DNA of 63,263 nt, counting the filler, from Craspedostauros australis (lineage: Eukaryota): the NCBI GenBank assembly GCA_030167865.1. It is 4 parts of 4 records of this genome, joined end to end, with 100 filler letters (N's around TTAATTAATTAA, not from the genome) between each part and the next. Parts side by side here need not be neighbours in the genome. Positions count along the whole stretch, not along the records: positions 1 to 17,162 come from JALAGF010006156.1; 3 more parts are not named here. One strand, written 5' to 3'. The notes beneath the pieces are model-generated. The model was not told the DNA's origin, ran no database searches, and saw nothing but the letters and a program-made list of their open reading frames with translations. Positions 1 through 12,600 of the stretch are shown one piece after another. Position 1 is the first letter of the stretch; every line of letters starts with the position of its first letter. A program made the position numbers and the translations under genes.

Positions 1-237
1 TACCATTGATGCATGGACGGATGATCTTCTGATTCTCTCAGAAATCGTTATTTGCAAATTTCCTCCAGAAATCTTGCCCCTTTTTGTGTGTTCCATTTCC
101 CCTGTAATTCTGACGAATCACAGNNNNNNNNNNNNNNNNNNNTAGTTATACCGTCCAAGTGCGTATGAGAGAATAACGGGTGAACGATGCACATATACAC
201 GTACATCTTGACATATACTCACATGTACATCTCGACA
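1..237 (+). mobile_element. Terminal part of an LTR (family A; other copies at 17645-18478 and 36117-36905)
   Basis: Closely matches 36673-36905 and 18390-18478 (e.g. ACCGTCCAAGTGCGTATGAGAGAATAACGGGTGAACGATGCACATATA). Ends in ...CATCTCGACA, a canonical CA terminus. Confidence 0.75.
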
Positions 238-238
238 C

Positions 239-846
239 TGTCAATGTATATTTGATCTACACGCAGTAACCGAATGAAATACATCACAGACTTGGTACGT
301 CCGCCCATCCAAAGTGTTATCGAAAACTTGTCATGACTCAATTCTGAGAGCATCAGAGATTCGGTATGGCCGCCGTCCGTCAAACACGTGGCGTCGAATC
401 TGAACTGATCTACTTCCCAACCAAACCTGAAGTGACACTTCCCTCGACGACCTCAAGTATCATCAATGGAATGTGGAATTGGCAGAGCCATGGAACAGTG
501 ACGAATGATGTCAACACAGGAGACGTCATTGCCACATCATGGGTCATCTCCGCATCAGAACAAGATTACGAAGATGCAATGACCGAGAGCAGACGAGATC
601 TTCGAAAGTGCAACATGAGAACCATGTGAAGCATATACAACTACATGCAAGACAAGAGACCGATATGAGAGAGACAGACGACTGACGCATAGAGCACGTG
701 TATGATTACTATGAGAGAGAGACTCGTAGAGACGGAAACGCAAGAGATCATCTTGCGTGAACTCATAGTCGAGCTGTCGAGTAATCAAGAGAGATCGAGC
801 GAACTATCGAGCGAGAGATATCCGCAGAGATACTCAACCACCAACA
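239..846 (-). mobile_element. Diverged LTR related to family A, in the opposite orientation
   Basis: On the minus strand it begins TGTTGG and ends ...TTGACA. It shares blocks with family A (GACTATGAGT; CTTCCCAACCAAACCT versus CTTCCCAACTAAACCT), which also appear as the shared spurious peptide YFPTKP. Confidence 0.6.
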
Positions 847-2007
847 TACTGAAATAGCAAACAGAAACAGCAATTGCATCACCGTCTATCAGTATGGAGA
901 TACTGTGCGCGAAACATGTCAATCCCCCCCCNNNNNNNNNNNNNNNNNNNNNNNNNNNNNNNNNNNNNNNNNNNNNNNNNNTGTTGGATGTCTCTCAATA
1001 CCGGGTGACGACACATCAATGTTCAATACGATCATTGGTGACATCCTTTGTGATGAGGCGACAGGCACATGCGCTAGCTTTGTCGCTGCAGTCGACGCCC
1101 TCGGTGACAAGGGCAAGATGATCAAGAGCATCTTTGGATGCAATGCTGCAGACCCTCCACGGCCCGTGACGTTGGAGGTGATGCAGAAGCGCTTTGACAA
1201 GATGAAGAACGACGAAAGTGTGACTACCGCATTGTTGACGATTGTGATGGAGGGCTAGAAGCTCTTCACTGGTAGCGGGGATGTGGTGACGACTGCTTGC
1301 AATGACAGATGCTGCAGAGGTACTTTCGCTTGCGTCACTGACCCTGTTGATGGCGGTGTCATGACGGTGAGTTTAGAGTCATGTACCGGGACTTTCGCTT
1401 GCAAATCCACACGTCCTGACGCAATCATACTTGACAGTTGCAAAGGATTCCTTTCTTGCTATCAAGTGAGAATTTTCGTCGGAGGTCAGCCAGCTGCTGG
1501 TGCCGAAGTCGGTTTCAGGGTGATTGGACCAAGAGCTTGCCTTCCACAGCAGAGTTGCAATGTTCTTGGAGTTAACACCTTTGGCGATGTACGAGTGGAA
1601 GAAGGAGCCTGCGATGGATTAAATGCATGCACTGACTTTGCAAGACGCACCAACCAAGGGTCTGCAACCACGGATCCGATTGTGGCAAGTATCTTCATCG
1701 GAAAGAAGGCGTGCCAAGGGGAGAAGGTTTGCAACAAATTGCATCACTTCACATCGGCCAAATTTGCAGGAAACGTGCTGATCGAAGACGGTGCGTGCTC
1801 TGGCGCGAGCGCGTGCCAAGATCTTGGCAAAAGTGACTATGCAAAAAATGACATCATCGTCAAAACAGGAGTCTGCGCGACAGACGCCGCCTGTAACCGA
1901 TGCGGCAGGGGATCACTCTCTGTGATTTAGACACAGAAACGTACGTAATCGACGACGCAAGCAAGGATTGCCGTGGGCCATTCCAATCTGCCTGCGAAGT
2001 CGTCTAA
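847..2007 (+). pseudogene. Cysteine-rich repeat protein, disrupted
   Basis: One reading frame runs from the LTR junction through ORFs 905-1258 and 1283-1930, which are in frame and separated by a TAG at 1256. An apparent frameshift near 1927 leads to a stop at 2007. About eight C-x5-C repeats (CRGTFAC, CTGTFAC, CKGFLSC, CDGLNAC, CQGEKVC, CSGASAC). Confidence 0.55.
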
Positions 2008-2355
2008 TCATCACATACATAGCCGCACATACTAGAATGCTCTAGCTTGTGGTCTCCCACCATGTGCTGAGCTCTGTTGGAAAAGTGGGGTAGATTAACT
2101 CACTGAAGTGGGTCTGGCCTTCGACCGTATACCTACACTTGCTGCCCGATTGGATTGCAGTCAATCCCGCCAAAGTCGTGCACAACCAATACACGAGTTG
2201 CCTGCTTCTCCCTCCACGATGGCGACAACGATGGTGGTGATGGCGACTCGATTCGGCCCCATCCACAAATGACCGTTGCGGCATTCATGAAAGACGAGAC
2301 CACAACATAGCACTTATACAGCACCCATACAGCACTTATACAGCACTTATACACA

Positions 2356-4055
2356 ATGGCAGCCAAGAGCCGCAACCGCAGGAGAAAGTTGGGCGAACGC
2401 AAGAATGGCAAGCCACAGCAGCTGCAACTGCAACGGCGACTGCTGCTGCTGGCGATTGGGGTCGCCTTGGCGTATCTGTGGTTGCGGTATCAGTGGCATG
2501 ATCCATTCGCAACGGGCCAATCTCTGCTGCCGCTTGTGCAGGATCTGCCTCCGACACAAGGCAGTCCTTCCGCGCGTGAGACCAGCGCCGCCGTATCGCC
2601 ATCAGCGCCTGCTCGTGCGAGTATGAAAGGCGAAGCGCTGGCACGAGAAGCAGCCACTATAGAAGCCACAAGAAGTGCAACGGCAACCACATTTGTAGAA
2701 CACCCGAATATGTCGTTCAAAGAATATATGAAGCCATGGCCCAACGTGACAACGTACGCCCTGGCTGGCAAGAGGGGATTCTACTCTGGCTTCCGCAACC
2801 AGATCATGGTCTTCACCTTCTTCGTCATCGAGGCCATGGAAATGGGACACGGCCAGCTCCTGGCGGGCAAAATGCTACACAAGAGCCTCGGTAGTCCCGC
2901 CACGACGGTTCCGCACCGCGTCCTCTTCGACGTGCAGCACTGGAATTCCTTCTATCCCCGGCTGCCGCGCATCGTCACATGTGATGCCGAGATCTTCGAT
3001 GAGTACAACTGTCGCATGCAAGAGTGGACACAGAAGCTCAAACCCGAGCGACCCTACCGATGCGACACGAAACAGCATCAATTCATGGGACGCTACTTTC
3101 GCTATTCCAAAGGCCGTTTCGATGCTGTGCGCGGCGTCTTCCCTCATCCCGTCGATCGCTTGATCATGGAAGGCGCCTTGCGGCCGTCGCAGCGTATCCG
3201 CGAACTCATGGCGAACGCGGTGCGCAAGCAGAGTCCTGACGGCCAGCTGCAGTACTTTACGTTGCACGCGCGCGTGGAACCCGACATGCAGGTGCATGAA
3301 GTGTGGTACGTTCGTTGTCATCATTTGTTCAGGATATTGCATGTTGTCTGCGTCGCCGGTATTCGGTTGTATTGTGTTGCGGCGTGCTGTGTTGTGCTAT
3401 GTTGCGATGTGCTATGTTGCGATGTGCTGTGCTGTGCTGTGCTGTGCTGTGATGAATCATCTCACAATCTGACCGTCACCACCACCACCATCGTCCTCTC
3501 CTTATAATCGATAGCACGAAGGAGAGAGAGTTCAATCTCCAAAAGATCTTTCAAGATCTAGAACGCACATTCCCCACACCGCCGGCGCCCGTCTTGTTCA
3601 TCGCCATCAACCGTCCGCTGCTGGAAGAACATGGCACGCTCAAGGACGAATCATTGCTTGCAACACGACGTCAGCAGCAACAGACCAACCTCTCCGCAGT
3701 CTTACCCGACATCGTCGACGGTGTCAATTACGTCGCCATCGACAACCTGCGCACGCTGAATGCGGCGCGACAGAATGGATTGTGGGGCGGGACCGTGCGC
3801 GTCATGGAGTTCGGTGGCGCCGCGTTGCAAGGCACGGAGTTTCAACAGGCGCTCACCTTGGTGGGTGGCATGGTGGACTACTATCTGGCCACGGACAGCG
3901 TCGTCTTTATCGGCACGCCCATCTCCAGCTTCTCCTATCAGATCATGGCGTCGCGGTTTCATGCCAAGAAGTACGAGAATTACAAGTATTTGCCGGGCGG
4001 CATCGAGAAGTGGACCAATGCGACGATGAAGCGTCCGGAAGGCTTCTTTTGTTGA
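2356..4055 (+). CDS. GDP-fucose protein O-fucosyltransferase-like type II membrane glycosyltransferase; join(2356..3305,3515..4055)
   Basis: N-terminal basic stretch plus TM anchor; motifs SGFRNQ, LHARVEPDM and VFIGTPISSFS. A GTACGT...ATAG intron (3306-3514) restores the frame (HEVC-TKERE). Confidence 0.75.
3385..3450. repeat. Pentanucleotide microsatellite (TGCTG-like) in the intron
   Basis: gtgctatgttgcgat / gtgctgtgctgtgctg runs are visible. Confidence 0.8.
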
Positions 4056-4745
4056 GTCAAAGTGTCGCAACACGAGCTATGGTATGTGTCCGTACGTTGG
4101 GAGAACGATACTCGCACTCCTGCTCTCACTCGTATGCAGCGCAGAACAAGCCATTTCGAAATCAACATTGATCAAAGAGTAGACAATAGAATACTCCATG
4201 GCCGTCCCATGGCATCGAGACAGTGGAAGACAACTACTATTGCATTTGCATGTGAGTCAAACATGTGCCTCGAGTGTTTGCGATGAGTGGCCTCAAAAGC
4301 GTGAGAGAATTTCGTCAGTTGGAGATTTCTTGGTATCCTTTCTCACCAGCCACATATCATCCATCCAACGTTGGATTTCCGTTGCAGGAGAGAGGCATTC
4401 GAAACAGCACAAGGAGTCAACATGTCAGCATGCGAGTCTCCCCTCTCAATGAATGGAGTAGATGACATGCCAGATGAGGAGAAGTAGAAGTGGAATTCCG
4501 CTGCTGCTCCACGAGAATGGTGCTGTGCAATGGTACGAGTGCACGTATGTGTCTGCCAACCGGGCATGCGACGCCGTGTCATCTCTGTGTTGGCGTCAAG
4601 TGATGATCAGCATCCGGAAATGGTGCCACAATTGTAGCAGCAGCATCGCCGTCGTCGTCGTCGCCATCAGCATCACCACTGTCACAGCACCTACCAACAA
4701 CAACTACCAGCAGTAGCATCAGCGTCCACAGACCCGCCGAACAAC

Positions 4746-4838
4746 ATGAGAAAGGCACCACGAAAGGCCATGGTGGTGAAGAATTCCAACTGGAACACGT
4801 ATCAGCATTCTCGCGCAACAGCAACACCGGCACCACGA

Positions 4839-4872
<34 letters not shown>

Positions 4873-5891
4873 AGACGAAAAACCGACATCCCACCTTTGA
4901 AAAATGGATCCAAACGAGCTACGCCCTACATCACGATGCCAAGTTGGCCACGCGCGAGATGCTGCTGGGTGCGTTGGTCGATCGTGCGCCGCTCGCGGCA
5001 GTGCAGTGCATCGTCTCGTGCAATCCCAAGGCCGCCATGATCCCGCCGCACGGTCCGACGCCGTTGCAAGTGGCGGTACAGTTCCATGACGACCTCAAGG
5101 TCATCCGATGCGTCCTCACGGCGTGGCCCTTTGCGCTGTGCATGACGAATCCGGATCGTCCGATGGATCCACTCACGTACGTGCGCAAGTATCGCAAGAA
5201 CGACGCCAAATTGATTCGGTTGCTGAGCCATCCGCTGAGTCATTGGGTGGGCCGGTCGCTTGGTAACGACAACGGCAACGGCAACGGCAATTCCGACGCT
5301 CAACAACATCGTACCCAGGATGCGTCGTCGTTGCCAAAACCAAATCGCAGGAGGCAAGTTCGGCAGCTGTTACCACCCGAACGACGACAGCAGCACAACG
5401 GCACCAATCATAACGTTGCCAATCACAGCGGTAAAAAGAACGACGCCGACACGAAGCACCTGCAGCAATTCTGCAAGTACCTCTACGGACAGCAAAAGAA
5501 ACTGCATCGCGAAGTGCACCACCTGCAACGCGACATGCAGGCCTTGCAAGATCAAAAGTCCAACATGCTGGAGGCGCTCAAGATGGAGCAAAAGCGGCAG
5601 TTCTACCTGCAGCGCGTCGCGCTCGACATGAAGGAGAAGGCCATGGTGGCGCATCTGGATCGTGTCGAAGCACAGATTTTGCGGTCGTGGCAAAGTCAGC
5701 AAACAGAAGAGAGTAAGGCGCATTCGGACGAAAGTCAAGCGCAGGTATTTGTCGTGGAGGACGCGCCACAACCGAATCCGGGCAATCGCAATATTACGAA
5801 GCAACGGCGCAAGAAGCAACCGGCCGGTCGCAACACCATCCTGCCGAACTTCTGCCGCGTGTCCTTGTTCGATTACTACAGCGATGACTGA
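4746..5891 (+). CDS. Hypothetical protein with an ankyrin-like N-terminal region and a coiled coil
   Basis: 381-aa ORF with coding-like codon usage; TPLQVAVQF...VIRCVL resembles an ankyrin repeat; heptad-rich segment LHREVHHLQRDMQALQDQK. Confidence 0.65.
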
Positions 5892-6026
5892 GGCACGCAA
5901 CTCGGACCAACGCGACGCATCGCATGGCGCCAAGTTTCCTCTCCTCTCCAACTCATATAAACGAATTAGTAATAGAATTGATGCACTTTTGATCTTACCA
6001 CACCCGAGTATGAATTTGGTGTTCGT

Positions 6027-8042
6027 CTAATAAAAGCTGGCGGGATTGGCACCGGCAGCATACGGATCCTCATCGCCACCGCCGCCGCTTTCATTACCGT
6101 CCATCAATCCGGATCTGCCGAACAGAACGTCCGTAGCTTCATCGCCGCGATCGTCGCCAGCAGAACCATCGTCGGAGGATGCAAAGTCATCCATGATGGC
6201 CTTTTGCGCCGCGGCCATGCGCGCATCTGCTGGACTGCTGCTGCTGCTGGCAGCATCGCCGGAACGTGAAATCAATTCCTTCAACAACAAATCACTCGCC
6301 ATCATGGTGGCGCTGGTTTCGGGACCCGACAGCTGCTGCGGTTTGCCTCCTGTGGTTGTGCCCAATCGCTTTTCCAAAGCCTGCAGCACGACGTTGACCA
6401 AATTGCCCTGTTCGACTTGTTCGCGATCCACCTTGGCTGCGGCAGGCGTGGCATCGTGGATCAGATCCTGATCGCTGCTTTGCACCTCACCCGTCTGCTG
6501 GTAGTCCTGCGCGACGCGCAGCGCCTCGATCTCGCGACGGTTCACCTTGACATCGGCGATGGGCTGCCAATCTCTGAGCCGCAGCATGGTCTCGAGCTGA
6601 TCGACGCCGATCTTGGACAGCGTCTTTTCATTTTGCTTGTATACGAGTCCGGTCGGAATCCCGCGCTGCGCCGCGCGCACCTGCTTTGTGCGCAGAATAT
6701 TGATCATGGGCCAAGGACTGCGCCTGGCGTAGTTGGCGGCCATCCCGGCACCACCGCGTTCGCTGCCGTCGCGGAAGCACCAATGCGGATGGAAGAAAAC
6801 GAGCTGCAGCAGATCTTCCATACCCAACGCCGTCAGCGGTTGCGTCAATGTCGTGCTGAAGGTTTCAAACAGCTCCACGTTGTCCATGCAGAATTCGGGC
6901 GTGATGAGCAACGTCGTTGAGATTTCCTTCTCAGGCTGCTGCTCGATCCGCACAACTTCCTTCCAGTAACTCGCGTACATTTCTTCAAACGACGAGGCGC
7001 GGTCGACAGCATAGTAGACGGGTCCCAGCGGCAGTCCGGCTTCTTCGGCCGAGCTGGCGAATGGGCAGATGCCCATGTCGGAACAGATCTTGCCGACCCA
7101 CTTTTTGGAAAGGTCGATCATGTCCTCATCATCCTCCGGTATTTTGTTGACGATTTCGGGATACTCGGACTTGAGTTCGCCGCCCTCCTCTTCCTCGTCG
7201 ACGCCTTCGTAGCTCCAATCATCTCCGTCGTCCCAAAATGGATCGTAGGCGAATTCCAGGTTGTCCGGATCATGGTCTGGATTGCGGTAAGATTTGACGG
7301 TGAATCCCACAACCTTGCCCTGTCGCGTGTAGGGTTGCAGGGTGGTGGAGATTCCAAAGTAATCGCAAACGTCCTTGCAGGCATCGAGATGCGCCATGAT
7401 CAAATTGAGGTAGCGCGGTGTGAAGAGTTCCTCCATTTGCGGGAACACGATGGTGGACGATTCCTGTTTGTCGCGTAGAGGTGCATGTGCGGGGTGGTGT
7501 GGTGTACGAGCACAAATGGTGTGCAGTAGTAATAATACGTGTGCCCGTATTGTGTTGAGCGTCAAATGATCGATGATGAGATGCAGAATGAGATATCACA
7601 TGTAATGGAATCGTAGCGAAGTGTAGCGCAATGAATAGCATGCATGATGGATGAGCACACTCAGCAACAAGCAAAGAAATGGAGTGCAATTCATTCAATC
7701 AAATCAAATCCAACTCAACACGCGCACAACAATGCACCCACTCACCCCCTTGACCAAGCTATTTCCCTGCGCGATGAGATACCACAGTGCGCTGAGGAAT
7801 TGCGGCGTGCTGTGCGCTGGATCCATGGGGTGCCATTCGCCATCGTCATTGTCTGATTGTGGATCCTCCAATGGTTTCTGCACAGAGGAAGCCAGCGCTG
7901 TGCCACACGCATGGTAGTTGCTGCTGTGGATGTGGCCATTTGCAGCGACCGCGGGGGAGGATGGGATGACGAAGCACGTCGCCGTTGAAATTACGATGGA
8001 CGCCAACGCCACGATTTCCCACAATGAGTTGCCTTTCTTCAT
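6027..8042 (-). CDS. DUF1415-domain protein, probably plastid-targeted; complement join(6027..7463,7746..8042)
   Basis: Motifs WVGKICSDMGICPFA, TTLLITPEF, LQLVFFHP and NYARRSPWPMINILR. A phase-0 GTGAGT...CAG intron spans 7745-7464. The N-terminal hydrophobic signal is followed by ATC-FVIPSS (ASAFAP-like). Confidence 0.8.
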
Positions 8043-8054
8043 GGTCTTCTTTCA

Positions 8055-8090
8055 ATTGGATTGGATTGGATTGGATTGGATTGAATTGGA
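8055..8090. repeat. (TTGGA)n microsatellite just upstream of the DUF1415 start codon
   Basis: ttggattggattggattggattggattgaattgga is visible. Confidence 0.85.
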
Positions 8091-9070
8091 CCTTCAGTTG
8101 ATGATTGTTCTCTTCTGGAATATGATATTACACCTCAAGCGAGATACTCGTAACACTGATGATGATCAATCAGCATCGACAACGTCCGTGGCTGATCCAA
8201 CAGAGAGATGGTGTTGATGTTGCAGGAATGTTCACGCTCGTGCGTTGCGCACCGTGCGTCGATTTGTTCTGTTGGATCCGATGATGGCTGGTTGACGCAA
8301 AAAGTGAATTCATGATGGGTTCGATCATAATCACATCAACGACTGACGCATGCCAGACGGTGGCATTTTGATGTCCGTGGAACACGTCTACGCATAGAAG
8401 ATAGAGAGACGGTGACACCATGCACAATGACTCTCGGCTACCCAAGCAAGGGACTTACACTGCATCCATGCATCGGTCTATTGTATGACATAGGAATTTC
8501 ATTCAGAATGATTCTGCATCCGCCATGGCACTGGGAAGGTGCTGGCGTCTATGGTGCGTCGTCGATGGAGCGTGTCACGCTTGCCGCTTCACCACATGAT
8601 ATGCGCATCGCACAGAACTGGAAACTTTCGTCATTATCGGTAGCACAGACTCCCTTTTTGACTGCAATGTTGCCGAGAGGAAGGGAAATGATGCCAACTT
8701 TATGGCATTTGCACATCTGTTCCCTGACGTGCATCCGCTTCAACCATGATGCTCGCTGCTGCACAGCGGAATGTGTCATTTCTTGGAGAGAAGAATATCG
8801 GACGACTCTACTCTAGGATTTTAATACCCACCAGAATGAAATCGTGCGCAGTTGCTCCTGAGAGAGAGAGAGGCAGAAGCACAGATGACGGCTTCTCAGG
8901 TTGTTTTCATTCGCACACTGGCACGCGGCAGTCTGATCACCTGTGCGGTTGTCAGTCAGTTTAGCAATACATATGTGTTTGTTTCTGTCTGTTTCTGTCT
9001 GTTTGTGTCTGTGTGTGTCTGTGTGCATCATTTTCTGTATGTCTGCCTGTTGCTGGACTGGAGTTCTGGC

Positions 9071-9187
9071 ATGTCGAAGGTGCTGTCGAAGCACGAGTCC
9101 GAGGTTGTGGAGGAAGGCGAGCCTTTTAACTTCATGACATGGAAGTACATCGGAACCAAGCTGCGTGTCCAGAGGATCAATCCATGA
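9071..9187 (+). repeat. Dispersed direct repeat, copy 1 (gene-fragment-like)
   Basis: Matches 14875-14987 (AAGGTGCTGTCGAAGC...ACTTCATGACATGGAAGTACATCGG...AGAGGATCAATCCATGA). Confidence 0.85.
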
Positions 9188-9403
9188 TGCACCAGCATGT
9201 TGGTACGGCATCCTCACTGATACGTATTATACGTATGATCCAATACTGAGCCGTGGAACAGCGGCGTTTCTCAGAGTGCAAAGCTAGAATTGCTTGTTGA
9301 TTTGTAATACTAATGGATTATTATTTATTCGTTCTGCTTTGCTCAATTGGTAGTGCAGGCAGTGATGTCCTGCGGTGTGAACAGTGTTGGTGGAGTTGGG
9401 GCT

Positions 9404-9476
<73 letters not shown>

Positions 9477-9520
9477 TCGTCATCGTCATCGTCATCGTCG
9501 TCGTTGTTGTTGTTGTTGTT
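9404..9520. repeat. Compound trinucleotide microsatellite (GTC)n(GTCATC)n(GTT)n
   Basis: Directly visible; explains the homopolymeric ORFs in all frames. Confidence 0.95.
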
Positions 9521-9682
9521 GCATATGTCTTCGTCCACGCGCATGCAGCCATTCTCACCCTTGCCGACATCACCGACTCTCTCTATGAAGAACGTTTCCG
9601 CATTTTGCCTTTCTGAGACGCTCGATCATTGTATGTGGTTGGATCACAGGATGATTTGTTGATATCATTGGACTCATCATTA

Positions 9683-12600
9683 TTAATACGAGTTGTCTGT
9701 CAACACTGATACATTGTCACCATCGCCGTCATCGTCGTCGGTGCGGCCGTCCTCGCTGCCGTTGCTGCGGCCACTGTTTTCCGCCTTCCTATCATTGTTC
9801 GATTTCGAAGGTGATGTGTGTGTGCGATCTTGAGTGTCGTCTTGAGCGCTATTTCTGCCATGCGCGCCGCTTGGATATGGCCGTGGCACGATCTCAAAGC
9901 CTGCGAGATTCGTCGGTGACGCAATGCCAAACAGCTCTGCAATGGATACGTTGCGATGGCTCCAGTCCGCCATCTTCGAATTCGGCCTGCCATCATCATA
10001 CGTAGTGGTCACGAACTGCCCGCGTCGTTGCTTGATGTCATCCACCTTGATCTTGCAACCCCAGGCTGCGTAGTGCTCGACCGCGTTGTCGAAGTAGTCG
10101 CCGACCATGTCTGCCGCACCATGTCGAGCGAAGTGTTCCCCTGCCAGTTCGTATGCAAGAGCTGTGTCGCTGATGCACGTGGATTGTGCGGCAGAGATGA
10201 TCGCTAGGCTGTACGCGTACTGTATTTTGGAATGGCGCTTGTTCTTCATGGTGATGGAGTGCTCCTCTGCTTCGAGCAGGAATGCCTGATGGATCCAGTT
10301 CCGCCCTCTGGTCTTGCCGAGATGGCGCAACGCCTTGATGGATTTGCGCAGGGTTGCTAGGTAGCGATGGCTGCCGGTCTCCCTGTACCTTCCTGCCGAG
10401 ATCAAGCCTGACAAGTACGCTATCATCATCAAATTGAAATACGAGGGAGCCTTTGAAGAGAAAATATGGAAGCACTCGTACAAGCGTTCCGCGATCTCGT
10501 ACCGCCGATGGCGGATTGAAAGATACACTCGGCCGAAGAAGTGAACCGAGTCTCGTCCAGCCAGGGCTGGATCCAATGAGTCCTCGTCGATACCTTGCTT
10601 GGCCTCAGCCTCGAGTTCTTGCCATGGGACCGGCTCGTCTCCGGCCAACCACTTCAGCATGAGCAAAAATTCCTTCGCTGTTGCAACGTGCGAGGAGACT
10701 TCGTATGTGGTGTGGTGTTGGATGGTTGCATGTGTTGCTTCAATGAGCTGCCCCAGCTCGAAGCCAATAACGAACGACAATGCGAGGCAGTAGTGCAAGC
10801 ACAAGAGACCGATTTCAAACTCTCCAACCCCCATGGACTCATGATGAGCTTGTTGGGATTGACGCAGCGGCTGCAGGAATGGCACACTGAACGTTGAGAT
10901 GTAGTCGTTCACGAGAAGCGAAACAAGCCCCCTTCTTGACTTTCCATTGATTCTGTCGAGGATCGCAAATGCAATGTCCGCACAACGCTGACCCATGGCT
11001 TGGTCTCCTGTGATGGTCATGATGAGACCATAGTCGGCAAATGCGCTTGCTGATTCTTCGCAAATGCCATGCTGAATGGTTCTCAGAATCATCTTGGATA
11101 AATTGAGCACCAGCAATATTGCAGTGTTGGTAATGTGGCACCGAAAGCCGAAGTCGCCACAGATCTTCATAGCGTGGACCTTCCTGGGGTCCGTCATCAA
11201 TGGCATCGAAACGATCTCATCGTTTGTATGTTTCTTCATGAAGCTTCTGATCTTCAGCAATGATCTGGCCGTACGCATCACATACCATCGCTTCGGGAAC
11301 TCACCCAGTGCCCGAAGCGCCCGTTTCTCTAGTTTCTGCGCGTCCGCGTGACGATTCTCTCTGCCCAGAGCCTTAGCCATCACATAGTATGTGGGGAGCT
11401 TGTCCTCCAGTGACCGAGCTCTCTCCATCACTTCGTTGCCAAGGTCGTACCCAGCGTCGAAGTGGTTTAGAGACAGCTCGATGTCACAGCGAGCGCGGTA
11501 TAGTCGCAGACATGCGCCATAATGATCGTCGCTGTCCCACATCGACGAATGATTGCCTTGGTGGGGAACGACGACGTTGCTGTCGTCTTCGTTGCTGCCG
11601 CTTCCGTTGCTGGCGATGGCGGCGAGGGCGGGAACCTTCGAGTTTCTCACCAGACGGAAGGCGGCGAATGCGTTCCCCAAGTATTCGGATGCCGATTCCA
11701 GAGCTCCCATTTGCAACGCTTTCTCGCCAACCTCCAGGTTCATCATGACGGTAAACATGTGATCCTTGGTCTGGACGGCGTTGAGATGATCGGCTGCCAC
11801 GAACAGGAGACCATCAATCGCATCGGACCCTGAGGATGTATCTGTTGCGGTCGAAAACGTAGAGCTTGTTCCTTGCGATGTCATGCCAGCGGTCTGTGAT
11901 CGTTGATGACGCTGCTGACTTGATGCCTTGGTCATCTTCGGACGATTCTTCTTGCGGCTGCGGCCTTGGGCATGGCTTTCCTTGACATTGTCGCGGCTGT
12001 CGTCATCTTGATGCAGACTTTCTTCGTCGTGCTGTGAGCTCCGGTACTTCTCCAGCAAGCAGTGACCGATGCGCAATCTCAGCTTGTCGCGGGTCTCGCC
12101 GGGTGGGATCATGCCGTATGCGGCCTGCTGAATACGGTCATGTGCGAAGTGATACATGGCGCCGCCGATGGGATTGACTATCAGGCGTTCCAGCACGGCC
12201 TGTTCCAACACATCGGACACTGCTTGCGCGTTGGCAACGACGCCTGCTGCATCAACCGCAACATCGATCACGCCATCAACATGGTCTCGCTCGTTCTGCA
12301 GCACATGTCGAAGGACGGAAACATGGAAGGCTGATCCGATGTATGCCGCGACGGCCAGTGCCCTCTGTAACAGCAGCGGAAGCTCTTCGAGCTTGGATTG
12401 GATGGTGTGGATGATGCTGTGACTGATGGGAAGACTGGCACTGCGAGAGTTGCCCTTGCCGTCGCCTCCTTGGTTGGGGATCTTCCATTCCCATTGGGAT
12501 GATTCCTGGTTGTATGTGAGGATGTTCTTCCTCTCCAGCTCTTCCAATGCCTGCAACGCGAAGAAGATGTTGCCGCTGGTCTTGGTGTGCAGCTTCTTTG

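Noticed and set aside
9284..9662. Poly-D/R/T/V/S ORFs
   Set aside because: These are translations of a (GTC)n microsatellite with no other coding evidence.
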